64,000 bases of DNA from Anaeramoeba ignava BMAN (taxonomy: Eukaryota > Protista > Anaeramoebae): assembly GCA_028826165.1 (NCBI GenBank), contig JAPDFW010000125.1, positions 248,001-312,000 on the forward strand, read 5' to 3'. The number at the start of each line of letters is the position of its first letter. Position 1 is the first letter of the stretch. The notes under the pieces were generated by a model, which saw nothing but the letters and a program-made list of their open reading frames with translations, made no database searches and was not told where the DNA came from. Shown here piece after piece: positions 40,051 through 53,000 of the stretch. The position numbers and the translations under genes were made by a program.

Positions 40051-43000
40051 ATGTCGCAACAAAATATTCAACAACAATCTTTTATTTATGATGATTATGA
40101 TGTTGGAATGACAGGTGCAAATTATATTATTTTTCATTATTTGAATAAATTTTTTTTTATTATTTTTATTTATTATATTGATATTTTATTTCAATTTAAA
40201 ACAATTAAAGAACTTGGAATATCAGAAAATCAAGAACAACAATTTGAACAATTTCTTTTAAAATATCAAAGTCAACTTTATGGAATTTCTGATGCACTTG
40301 ATGCAACAATGAGTCAGGTAAATAATAATAAATTAATAAAATTAATAATGAATTAAAATTCAAATTAAAATTAAAATTAAAATTAAAATTAAAATTAAAA
40401 TTAAAATTAAAATCTAAATTTATTTATAAAATTAAAATTAAAATTAAAATTAAAATTAAAAATTAAAATTAAAATTAAAATTAAATTTAAAATTAAAATT
40501 AAAATTAAAATTAAAATTAAAATTAAAATTATAATTAAAAAGACTTGGGATCCAATATTAGATCCAATTTCATTATTCCCAAAACCAAAAGAACAAATTT
40601 CAATTGTTGAATTATGTTCACATTTAGATCAAGAAATTGAATCTAAACCATCAAGACTAATGACAAAAAAAGTGCTTATAACATTTAGTACATTAAATAA
40701 AGAGATGGATTTTATTGAAAAAGAAGTAAATTTGAAAAAAAAAATAATAAAAATTATCTAAAATTATCTAAAAAAAATTATCAAAAAATTCAATTAAAGG
40801 CAAGAGAGGTTTATTATATTCCATTAGCATTATTTGGACATGAAATAAAAAATGAAGGTGATAATATATTACCTGCAGAAGGAGAAAGTCAAATTTTTAT
40901 TGCAAAACTTCTTCCATTATTAATTCAATTAATAGATTTTCTTGATCATATTGAAAAAGTAAATTGAAATTATTTTACAAATTAAAATGAATTATTTTGT
41001 GAATTAAACTATTTTATCAATGATTAAAATAGACTGTTAAAATGGTTATTCATCAGCTTGCATTACTTTATTCTGAAAATCAATCTTTTTTTCATTCTCA
41101 ATGGAAGTACATACATGCCAATCAAGTTTTTGAAAAATTAGGGAATGTTTTAGCAGTATGCATTACATTTGATGAAATTATAGCTGAGAATACGTTAATT
41201 GATTATTGTTGGGAATCTTTTAAAAAGTACCAGAAAAAATTATAAATAAAATTAATTATTAAATTATTTATAAAATTATTTATAAAATTATTTATAAGAT
41301 TATAAATAAAATTATTTATAAAATTATTTATAAAATTATTTATAAAATTATTTATAAAATTATTTATAAAATTAATTATAAAATTATTTATAAAATTAAA
41401 TATAAAATTAATTATAAAATTAATTATAAAATTAATTATAAAATTAATTATAAAATTAATTATAAAATTAATTATAAAATTAATTATAAAATTAATTATA
41501 AAATTATTTATAAAATTAAATATAAAATTATTTATAAAATTAAATATAAAATTAAATATAAAATTAATTATAAAATTAATTATAAAATTAATTATAAAAT
41601 TAATTATAAAATTAATTATAAAATTAATTATAAAATTATTTATAAAATTAAATATAAAATTATTAATAAAATTAAATATAAAATTAAATATAAAATTATT
41701 TATAAAATTATTTATAAGATTATTTATAAAATTATTTATTAAATTATTTATAAATTTATTTATAAAATTAATTATTAAATTATTTATAAAATTAAATATA
41801 AAATTATTTATTAAATTATTTATAAAATTATTTATAAAATTATTTATAAAATTATAAATAAAATTAAATATTAAATTATTTATAAATTATTTATAAAATT
41901 ATTTATAAAATTATTTATAAAATTATTTATAAAATTATTTATAAAATTATTTATAAAATTATTTATAAAATTAATTATAAAATTATTTATAAAATTAATT
42001 ATAAAATTATTTATAAAATTATTTATAAAATTATTTATAAAATTAATTATAAAATTATTTATAAAATTAAATATAAAATTATTTATAAAATTAAATATAA
42101 AATTAAATATAAAATTATTTATAAAATTAAATATAAAATTATTTATAAAATTAAATATTAAATTAATTATAAAATTAAATATAAAATTATTTATAAAATT
42201 AATTATAAAATTAAATATAAAATTATTTATAAAATTAATTATTAAATTAATTATAAAATTATTAATAAAATTATTTATTAATTTATTTATAAATTTATTT
42301 ATAAAATTATTTATAAAATTATTTATAAAATTATTTATAAAATTAAATATAAAATTATTTATAAAATTATTTATAAAATTAAATATTAAATTATTTATAA
42401 AATTACTTATAAAATTAATTATTAAATTATTTATAAAATTAAATATTAAATTATAAATAAAATTATTTATAAAATTATTTATTAAATTATTTATTAAATT
42501 ATTTATAAAATTATTTATAAAATTAAATATAAAATTAAATATAAAATTAATTATAAAATTAAAATTAAATATTAAATTAATTATAAAATTATTTATAAAA
42601 TTAATTATTAAATTATTTATAAAATTAATTATAAAATTATTTATAAAATTATTTATAAAATTATTTATTAAATTAAATATAAAATTATTTATAAAATTAT
42701 TTATAAAATTATTAATAAAATTATTTATAAAATTAAATATAAAATTATTTATAAAATTATTTATAAAATTAAATATAAAATTATTTATAAAATTATATAT
42801 AAAATTAATTATTAAATTAATTATAAAATTAAATATAAAATTAATTATAAAATTATTTATTAAATTAATTATAAAATTAAATATTAAATTATTTATAAAA
42901 TTATTTATAAAATTAATTATTAAATTATTTATTAAATTATAAATAAAATTATTTATTAAATTATTTATTAAATTATTTATAAAATTATTTATAAAATTAT

Positions 43001-46000
43001 TTATAAAATTAAATATAAAATTAATTATAAAATTATTTATTAAATTATTTATAAAATTAAATATAAAATTAATTATAAAATTAATTATAAAATTAAATAT
43101 TAAATTAATTATAAAATTAATTATAAAATTATTTATTAAATTATTTATAAAATTATTTATAAAATTAAATATAAAATTAAATATAAAATTATTTATAAAA
43201 TTATTTGTAAAATTAAATATAAAATTATTTATTAAATTATTTATAAAATTAATTATAAAATTAAATATAAAATTATTTATAAAATTAAATATAAAATTAA
43301 TTATAAAATTATTTATAAAATTATTTATAAAATTATTTATAAAATTATTTATAAAATTATTTATGAAAAATTGAATATAAAAGAGCATCTTCACTTGCAA
43401 AATTCGATCCATCACAATTCGGAATCAACGAAGACACAATGAACGATTTTAGTGGATTTGTTGGAGAAATCCAAGCACGAATACTCGACGGAAAAATACT
43501 CAGCGGGTTATGTAGAAGGATGGATTTCCTACGAGAATTCATACCCAACACAAACACAAAGAAGAGCGGAAGGGAAGGATTAGCAAACGAATATAGAAAC
43601 TACATGGATCATGGTCTGCGGATGCTAGAAGCATTTGGGACAACAGGGAACAGCACGGCACAAGGACGTCTTGTGATTCAGATGCAAGAGGATGTAGGAA
43701 AACGGGTTGTAGCGTTAAGTGGACTTTATACAGTTTTCCGTGAGATTTTCCATTCAGATAACAAGAAAATATTCCGCAGAATTTGGGGATTACAAGAAAT
43801 GTTTCCGACAATAGCACTTTGCGGAAACGTTGTTTTTACATTTGATACATTTTTTGGACGACAAGATTTGCACGCGGTTGTTGCGGAGGTGAGCGGGCGC
43901 GGACTGGAAGCTGCGCAAGAAACACGGATCAAACAAGTGCGTTTGATGGACGGCAGTTTCGAGTCACAAGTGCAGAAGAAATACCTTGATTTCTGCAAAT
44001 GGCTTGTTGAGATTGAGCGAGCGGAAGATGCTGAAAAAACGGAGAAAGCGCTCTCGAATTTTGTCAATGTACTTGTTCATGGAGTGCGTTTAGCATTTGA
44101 TATCTCTGAGTTGCTGAAGAAGATGCTGTTGATGCACTCGAAAACAGAGGTGTCTATGCAGCGACGCACATTGAGCTATGCATCAAGATGTTCTGAGATG
44201 CTAGTTGCGTTGCGGTTCACACTCCACAGACGCAGCGCAGGAATTGCGGAAAGAATGCCGCTCGCACTCCAAATGCTTGCTGCGCGGTTCAAGAAGATGC
44301 TTGAGACAGTGGATGTGAAAGTGCGAGACGACAAACAAGCCGATAATGTTGTGCTCGATAACATGTATCTTGTTCTTGTGATCATGATGCACACAATCAA
44401 CGCTGTGCCGAGCGAAGACCGTGTGTTTGTTGGGGAGAATTGCCTTGATTTCTTAGCAATCGAGAAGGTCTCGCTCGTGCAAGAAAAACAATATTATAAA
44501 TATCTCCGCCATCTGCGCACAGCCGAGCTTCTTCTCAATTACTCGGAGCGCATTGCAAGACTCACCGACTGCGGATGGATGTTTTGGAACCGCGACATGC
44601 TCGAGTACTATCTCGAGGACATCTACAAAGATCCAACACAAGCCCATCGACTGCAGTTTGTGATGACTGTTTTCGAGGATATTGGACGCATGTTGCGCAA
44701 GAATATCCACTACACTGGATTCATTCATGGCACATCTCCGCAGCCGCCTGAGGACAGCGATAATCCTCTCTTTCTTTCCTTCTGCAAAGACACTCTCGGC
44801 ATATTTGATCGTGTTATTACGCGCAATCTCAAGGATGATATCGACAAGGATCTGCGCTTCCACGCTCACGCACATCTCGACGTGAAGGAGCGCAACCCGC
44901 TCAAAGATAAGGGAGAGATCAAGGATCTCATCCACTTTATAAAATTGCGGCCGATCAAGTTTTTCCAGCACTCGATCGATCTCGCACTTCAAGTCACTCA
45001 GTTCCTCGACGAGATGTTCTACAACCTCTCGACCCTTCACAACTTCACACAATACGACCAGATGCGGAATATTGCGTGGCAGAAATACGGGCTCAAAATG
45101 AAGGAGGTTTATCTCCCCACAGTCGTCAAAGAGCAAGAGCTCGATGTGCTCGAAATTATGCGCAACATCCATGTCTTCGTTGCGAAATACAACTACAATC
45201 TGAACAACCAGATGTTTGTGCAACGCACGACGGAAGAGAAGCATCTGAAGGTGATCGGGATTGCGCACATTTCAAACTCGATACGGTCTCACGGCACAGG
45301 GATCATGAACACCGCAGTCAACGTGACTTTCCAATTTTTAAAAGAGAAATTCAAGATCTTTTCAGGATTTTTATACGACGATTATATCAAATCTCTCGCC
45401 ACACGGGATCTTCGAGGGTTCAACGAAAACCGTGCAAAAAACACGAAGATCCGCTACGAATTTTCATGGGCAGAGAACTTCATCATTGATATAAAAAGAC
45501 TCCAAGTCTCCAACACGCGAGAGAATTATCTCGACAAATTCCGCGTTCTTCTGACCGAAATCGGCAACGCACTCGGTTATGTCAGAATGATCCGTTCGGG
45601 GGGACTTCACTTCATTTCAAACGCGGCAAAATTCATACCCGACATCACAGAAACCGTTCTTTTTGGACAAGGAGCAGATGAAGACCATTTATCCCCCCAA
45701 ACGGTTGATGCCGGGAATAATTTGGATTCCGTTATTAAAAATATTTCCCATTTTCTTGGCGAAGGTTCTGATTATTTCCGTGAACTGGTGAAAACCTTTG
45801 CGAAACCCTTCCGTGACCCCAAAAACCGCCATCTGAAAAATTTCTTTATTGTGATACCCCCTGTAATGCTCAACTTCATCGAGCACATCATCATCTCCAA
45901 GGAAAAAATCACAAAACGTGCTGTTGATGCCTCTTTTTGCGACGACGGTTTCGCCCTCGGTATCGCGTTTATTCTGCGCGTTTTGGGTCAGGATGATGAT

Positions 46001-46216
46001 TATGATAGTCTTCGTTGGTACTCTGCTGTTTCTTCTCACTACAGAGAAGAATATCGCAAGGTCGAAGAGGAACTTGCTAATAAAAAAAATAAGAAAAAAG
46101 CTCAAACTCTTAATTTCCGTTTGAATCAGCTTAAAACTCTTCTTCTTGAATTCAAACTTCTTGATTATTCTCTTAATAGTGCTCGTATTTTCTTCGTTAA
46201 TTGCGATGATTTATAA
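40051..46216 (+). CDS. WASHC4: WASH complex subunit 4 (SWIP/KIAA1033), ~1179 aa
   Basis: Exons 40051-40114, 40211-40317, 40543-40725, 40800-40958, 41033-41226 and 43384-46216. Motifs WDPILDPISL, LDVLEIMRNIHVFVAKYNYNLNNQMFV, HISNSIRSHGTGIMNTAVN, EIGNALGYVRMIRSGG, DDGFALGIAFIL, YSLNSARIFF. Confidence 0.95.
41240..43365 (+). repeat. 2.1-kb intronic 12-bp satellite (ATAAAATTATTT)n
   Basis: Fills WASHC4 intron 41227-43383. Confidence 0.95.
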
Positions 46217-46372
46217 AATTCTTTTTTTCTTCATTCATTCTTTCTTTCTTTCTAATTCCCTTTTTAAATTCCCTTTTTTTTTTCTTTAAAATTTTTTTTT
46301 CATTAAAAACTTTTTTTTCATTTTTTTTTTTCATTTTTATTTTTGATCATTTTTTTTTATTTTTATTCCTCA

Positions 46373-49300
46373 ATGATTGCTTACGAAACTCAATGGGATT
46401 ATTTATTTAAAATTTTATTAATTGGTACTTTGCAACAAATCAATTTCAATCAAATTATTTTATCAATTTAAATTTAAATCAATTTATCTATTTAAATTTA
46501 AATCAATTTATCAAAATAAATTTAAATCAATTTATCAAAATAAATTTAAATCAAATTATTTATTTAAATCTAAATCAATTTATCAAATTAAATTTAAATC
46601 AATTTATCCAAATAAATTTAAATCAATTTATCAATTTAAATTTAAATCATTTTATCAAAATAAATTTAAATCATTTTATCAATTTAAATTTAAATCAATT
46701 TATTAAAATAAATTTAAATCAATTTATCAATTTAAATTTAAATCAATTTATCTATTTAAATTTAAATCAATTTATCAATTTAAATTTAAATCAATTTATC
46801 TATTTAAATTTAAATCAATTTATCAAATTAAATCTAAATCAATTTATCAAAATAAATTTAAATTATTTTATCAAAATAAATTTAAATCAATTTATCAATT
46901 TAAATTTAAATCAATTTATCTATATAAATCTAAATCAATTTATTTATTTAAATTTAAATCAATTTATCAATTTAAATTTAAATCATTTTATCTATTTAAA
47001 TTTAAATCAATTTATCTATTTAAATTTAAATTATTTTATTTATTTAAATTTAAATCAATTTATTTATTTAAATTTAAATCAATTTATCTATTTTAAATTT
47101 AAATCAATTTATCAAATTAAATTTAAATCAATTTATCAAAATAAATTTAAATTATTTTATCAAAATAAATTTAAATCAATTTATCAATTTAAATTTAAAT
47201 CAATTTATCTATTTAAATTTAAATCAATTTATCTATTTAAATTTAAATCAATTTATCCAAATAAATTTAAATCAATTTATCAATTTAAATTTAAATCTAA
47301 TTATCAATTTAAATTTAAATCAATTTATCAATTTAAATTTAAATCAATTTATCAAAATAAATTTAAATCAATTTATCAATTTAAATTTAAATCAATTTAT
47401 CTATTTAAATTTAAATCAATTTATCCAAATAAATCTAAATCAATTTATCTATTTAAATTTAAATCAATTTATCAAATTAAATCTAAATCAATTTATCTAT
47501 TTAAATTTAAATCAATTTATCTATTTAAATTTAAATCATTTTATTTATTTAAATTTAAATCAATTTATCTATTTAAATTTAAATCAATTTATCAAATTAA
47601 ATTTAAAAATATTCACTAATTTTGTTTTAGGTGATTCTGGTGTTGGCAAAACAAACTTACTCACTCGTTTTTGCCAAAATACTTTTGATCAAGATTCGAA
47701 ATCAACTATTGGTGTTGAATTCTCCACAAAAATTATTGATGTTGGTCAATATATAATAAAAGCACAACTCTGGGTAAAAGAAAAAACAAATTTAATTTAT
47801 TAAATCAATCTCTTTCCAAAATTTATTTATTTATTTATCCTTTTAATTTATTAAATTAATCTCTTTCTAAAATTTATTTATTTATCCTTTTAATTTATTA
47901 AATCAATCTCTTTCTAAAATTTATTCATCTTTTTAATTTATTAAATCAATCTCTTTCTAAAATTTATTCATCTTCTTAATTTATTAAATTAATCTCTTTC
48001 TAAAATTTATTTATTCATCTTAATTTATTAAATTAATCTCTTTCTAAAATTTATTTATTTATCCTTTTAATTTATTAAATCAATCTCTTTCCAAAATTTA
48101 TTCATCTTTTTAATTTATTAAATCAATCTCTTTCTAAAATTTATTTATTTATCCTTTTAATTTATTAAATCAATCTCTTTCTAAAATTTATTTGTTTATC
48201 CTTTTAATTTATTAAATCAATCTCTTTCTAAAATTTATTCATCTTTTTAATTTATTAAATTAATCTCTTTCTAAAATTTATTTATTTATCCTTTTAATTT
48301 ATTAAATCAATCTCTTTCTAAAATTTATTTATTCATCTTAATTTATTAAATCAATCTCTTTCTAAAATTTCTCAATTTAAAATTCTTTTTAACTTCTTTT
48401 GTTAAAGGATACAGCAGGCCAAGAGAGATACAATGCTGTTACAAAATCGTAAACATTAGCAACAATATTAATATTAATATTATTACTTTTATTATTATTA
48501 TTATTATTGTGAATATTTCTGAAATTATTCTAAATACTGAATTCTCCTTTCAAAAAAAAATATAGCTACTTTCGAGGAGCTGTTGGTGCATTTATTGTTT
48601 ATGATATAACCTCTTTTGTTTCCTTCCAAAACGTCACTAAATGGCTAAATCTTGTTCGTGAATTCTCAAATCCAAATACTCAAATTTTCTTAATTGGAAA
48701 TAAAAGTGATCTTAATCATTTAAGACAAGTTACTCAACAAGATGTATTTCATTATCACTTTATTTTTTTCCGTTTACTTATTCTTTCCAAAAAATTTAAT
48801 CTAAATTTAATCTAAAATCAAATTTAATCTAAATTTAATCTAAATTTAATCTAAATTTAATCTAAATTTAATCTAAATTTAATCTAAATTTAATCTAAAT
48901 TTAATCTTAAATTTAATCTTAATTTAATCTAAATTTAATCTAAATTTAATCTAAATTTAATCTAAATTTAATCTAAATTTAATCTAAATTTAATCTAAAT
49001 TTAATCTAAATTTAATCTAAATTTAATCTAAATTTAATCTTAATTTAATCTTAATTTAATCTTAATTTAATCTAAATTTAATCTAAATTTAATCTAAATT
49101 TAATCTAAATTTAATCTAAATTTAATCTAAATTTAATCTTAATTTAATCTTAATTTAATCTTAATTTAATCTAAATTTAATCTAAATTTAATCTAAATTT
49201 AATCTAAATTTAATCTAAATTTAATCTAAATTTAATCTTAATTTAAACTTAATTTTAATTTAATCTTAATTCTTAATTATTATTTCAAAGGCTAAAAAAT

Positions 49301-49524
49301 TCGCTTCTCAAAATGATATTTTTTTCCAAGAAACTTCAGCTCTTGATGGAAGTAATGTTGAAAAATCGTTTCTCATTTTATCTGAAAAAATTTTACAAAA
49401 TCTTGTCACTTCAAAACAAAGTCCAAATAATCCTCAAAATTTTTTAGTTCGTTTTGATGAGAAATTTATCCAAGAAAACAAAGAGAAAAATTCTCAAAAG
49501 AAAAAGAAAAGCAATTGTTGTTAA
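46373..49524 (+). CDS. RAB11: Rab11-like small GTPase, 215 aa
   Basis: Exons 46373-46424, 47631-47773, 48408-48448, 48566-48743 and 49291-49524 give DYLFKILLIG|DSGVGKTNLL, SKSTIGVEF, KAQLW|DTAGQERY, GNKSDL, ETSALD and a C-terminal CC. Confidence 0.92.
46440..47605 (+). repeat. intronic 24-bp satellite (TTTAAATTTAAATCAATTTATCWA)n
   Basis: Rab intron 1. Confidence 0.93.
47790..48370 (+). repeat. intronic 41-47-bp minisatellite (TTTATTAAATCAATCTCTTTCTAAAATTTATT...CTTTTAA)
   Basis: About 13 copies in Rab intron 2. Confidence 0.92.
48795..49265 (+). repeat. intronic 11-bp satellite (AATCTAAATTT)n
   Basis: Rab intron 4. Confidence 0.94.
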
Positions 49525-50085
49525 ATTGCATTTAATTTTTTTCAACTTTTTTTTTCTCCATTTTTTTTTTTTTTTTGAATAAAATGAAAATTTTCAAGAT
49601 CATTTTTTTCTTTTCTTCTTTTCTTTTCTTTTCTTCTTTGAATTATTTTATTTTTTAAAGAAAAAAAGAAAAGAAAAACAGAAAATTTCTTTCTTAAATC
49701 TTAATAACTCACAATTTAAAAACATAATGATTTAAACAAAGAATCAAACTAACTTTGTTTTTTTTATTTATTCTTTCGATATTTGTTTCAGAATTCTTTT
49801 CCCTTCTTTTTCTTATTTTTTTAAAAAATAACCCGAAAAAAAAACCAAATGGAAATGATAATAATATTAATATTAATATTTTTTACAACCGAAAACAGTT
49901 TAATTCCTGATAATTTAAACTGAAAAATCAAAACTCAATTATTTTTTTTTCTTTTTTTCTTTTTCCTTTTTTCTTTTTCTCTTTATTCTCAAAAAAAAAT
50001 AAAAATAATTGATAAAAAACAAATTTTCATTTTTTCATTTTATTTTTTCATTTATTTTTTCATTTATTTTTTCATTTATTTATTT

Positions 50086-53000
50086 ATGGGTTCTTCTCCT
50101 TCAAAATCAAATCCAAATTCAAAATCAAATTCAAATTCAAATTCAAATTCAAATTCAAATTCAAATTCAAATTCAAATTCAAATTCAGAAATTGATTTAA
50201 AAATCAAAAAAGATATTGAAAAGAAAAAATTAATTATTACAAAACAACAAATAACAAATATTCCTTCAATTTATTTTAATGATTTTGATAAAAAACAAGT
50301 TCAAATTTTAGATTTATCATTTACTCAACTTAAAGATGATTCTCTTATATCAATTTTGGCATTAACAGAATTAAAAGAACTTTATTTAAAAAGCAATAAT
50401 TTAACAAATTTACCAAAAAATTTCACTAAAGTCAATTTCAATTTCAAATTCAAAATATAAATTCAAATTCAAATTCAAAATCAATTTCAAATTCAATTTC
50501 AATTTCAAAATATAATTTCAATTTCAAATTAAATTTCAAATATAAATATAAATATAATTTTAAATTCAATTTCAATTTCAATTTAAATTCAATTTCAAAT
50601 TCAATTTCAAATTCAAATTAAATTTCAATTTCAAAATATAATTTCAAATTCAATTTTAAATATAAATATAATTTCAATTTTAATTTCAAATATAAATATA
50701 ATTTCAAATTCAAATTCAATTTCAATTTCAAAATATAATTTCAATTTCAAATATAAATATAATTTCAAATTCAAATTAAATTTCAAATTAAATTTATTTG
50801 ATAAATTTCTTATATTTAGAAATTGAGTCTTTTGGAAAAATTAGATCTTTCTTACAATAACTTTGCCAATATTCACGATCAATTAAGTCCTACATTAAAG
50901 AATCTAAAAAAATTAAATCTAAAAAAAAATGGTCTTCAAAGATTACATCCTGGAATTTGCCATTTAACTTCATTAATTCATTTGAATATTTCTCAAAATA
51001 TGGAACTTTCTGGTGTTCCTAATTCTATTGGAAATTTAAAAAATCTTAAAAAACTTAAAGTTTCCTATTGTTTTCTTACAAAAATTTCTCCAAAAATTGA
51101 ACTTTTAAATAATCTTGAAATTCTTTTACTGAATCAAAATAGAATGAATTCATTTACTGCAGATTTTTCTCAAGTAAATTAATATTAATTATCTATTATT
51201 ATTTAATATTTATTATTAATTATCTATTATTATTTAATATTTAATATTTAATACTTATTATTAGAATAAAAACTTAAGAAAAGTCGATCTCTCTTTTAAT
51301 TCAATTCAATCAGCTCTTAATGTTTGTAAAATTCCCCAAATTGAATGGTTAGATATGAGTGGAAATAAAAATTGTCAAATCCCTAAAGAAATAGCAAATT
51401 GTAAAAATCTTAAAACTTTAAGATGGAATAATGCAGATTTAAAAGAAATTCCAGAAGAAATTGCACAAATTAAGGACAATTTACAAGAATTAAGACTTAG
51501 AATAAATTTATTTCAAGAAATTCCAAAAATAATTTTTCAATTATCCAATCTTCACATTTTAGATTTTACAAGAAATGAAATTAAAGAAATTCCTGATGAG
51601 TTTTCTTCAAGTTTTCCAAATCTTAAAGAACTTTCATTTGCAGCAAATAAATTATCAATAATCCCTTTATCAGTTTTTAGGTTGTTGTCAAAACCTTTGG
51701 AAAGATTATGGTTTGATGAAAATCCATTAAAAAAAGAATATGAAGATTTACTTTCAAAGGGAATGTATCCTTTATTAAAATTTATTTTTGAAACAAACGA
51801 TGAACCAACAATAATTAACGATGAAACACAAAATCAAATTGAAAATGAAATTCAAATTGAAAATGAAAATCAAAATCAAAATCAAAATCAAAATGAAAAT
51901 CAAAATGAAAATGAAAATCAAAATCAAAATCAAAATCAAAATCAAAATCAAAATGAAAATGAAAATCAAAATCAAAATCAAAATCAAAATCAAAATCAAA
52001 ATGAAATTGAAATTCAAATTCAAATTGAAAATCAAAATCAAAATCAAAATCAAAATCAAAATCAAAATCAAAATCAAAATCAAAATGAAAACCAAAATCA
52101 AAATCAAATTCAAAATCAAAATGAAATTCAAATTGAAAATGAAATTCAAATTGAAAATGAAAATCAAAATCAAAATCAAAATCAAAATCAAAATCAAAAT
52201 GAAAATGAAATTCAAATTGAAAATGAAAATCAAAATCAAAATCAAAATCAAAATCAAAATCAATTTGAAAATGAAATTCAAATTGAAAATCAAATTGAAA
52301 ATCAAAATGAAAATGAAAAGAAAAAAGATTTTCGATTATATCCTTTTACAAAATCTAAACTTACAAACGAACAATTAAGAGATAAAATTAAAGGTCTTAT
52401 TATTGGAAATTGTATTGGGGATGCCATTGGGCTTGCAACTGAATTTTTATATAAATTGGAATCAATGATTTATTATGATTATAATTTAATTGAATATAAA
52501 TCATTTGTACAAGATCGTCATAGAAGTAAATGGATTTATGGTGATTGGACTGATGATTCTGATCAACTTATTTTAATACTTCAAAGTTATCTTGCAAATA
52601 ATGGAGTAATTGTTCCAACAGATTTTGCAAAAAGATTATTATTTTGGGCTGATCATGGATTTCCTGAACTTGGTACAAACAAAATTCAAAATCAAAATAT
52701 TCAAAATTAAAATCAAATTTAAATCAAAATCAAAATCAAAATCAAAATCAAAATTAAAATCTAAATCAAAATCAAATTTAAAATCAAAATCTAAATCAAA
52801 ATCAAAATCAAAATCAAAATTAAAATCAAAATATAAATCAAAATCAAAATTAAAATTTAAAATTAAAATCTAAATCAAAATTAAAATTAAAATCAATCAG
52901 GAGATCAATATGGATCAGGAATTGGAGCAACTGTAGGAGATGTATTAGAACATAAAGACTTTCTAACAGATCCACATAAAAGTGCACATGAAGTATGGAT

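Noticed and set aside
41880-43415. 511-aa minus-strand ORF (FINN repeats) and similar ORFs at 3276-4184, 10167-10823, 30701-30985, 39419-39676 and 51775-52378
   Set aside because: These are translations of intronic satellites or antisense shadows of coding repeats.
43539-46124. Several overlapping or antisense ORFs within WASHC4
   Set aside because: They are by-products of locally higher GC and have no recognisable motifs.
47790-48370. CRISPR-like appearance of the 41-47-bp repeats
   Set aside because: There are no unique spacers or cas genes; it is a tandem intronic minisatellite.
49850-49925. C/D snoRNA-like segment (ATGATA...CTGA, with a CAGTTTAA/TTAAACTG hairpin)
   Set aside because: The C box is imperfect and I could not identify an rRNA guide; such matches are expected by chance in AT-rich DNA.
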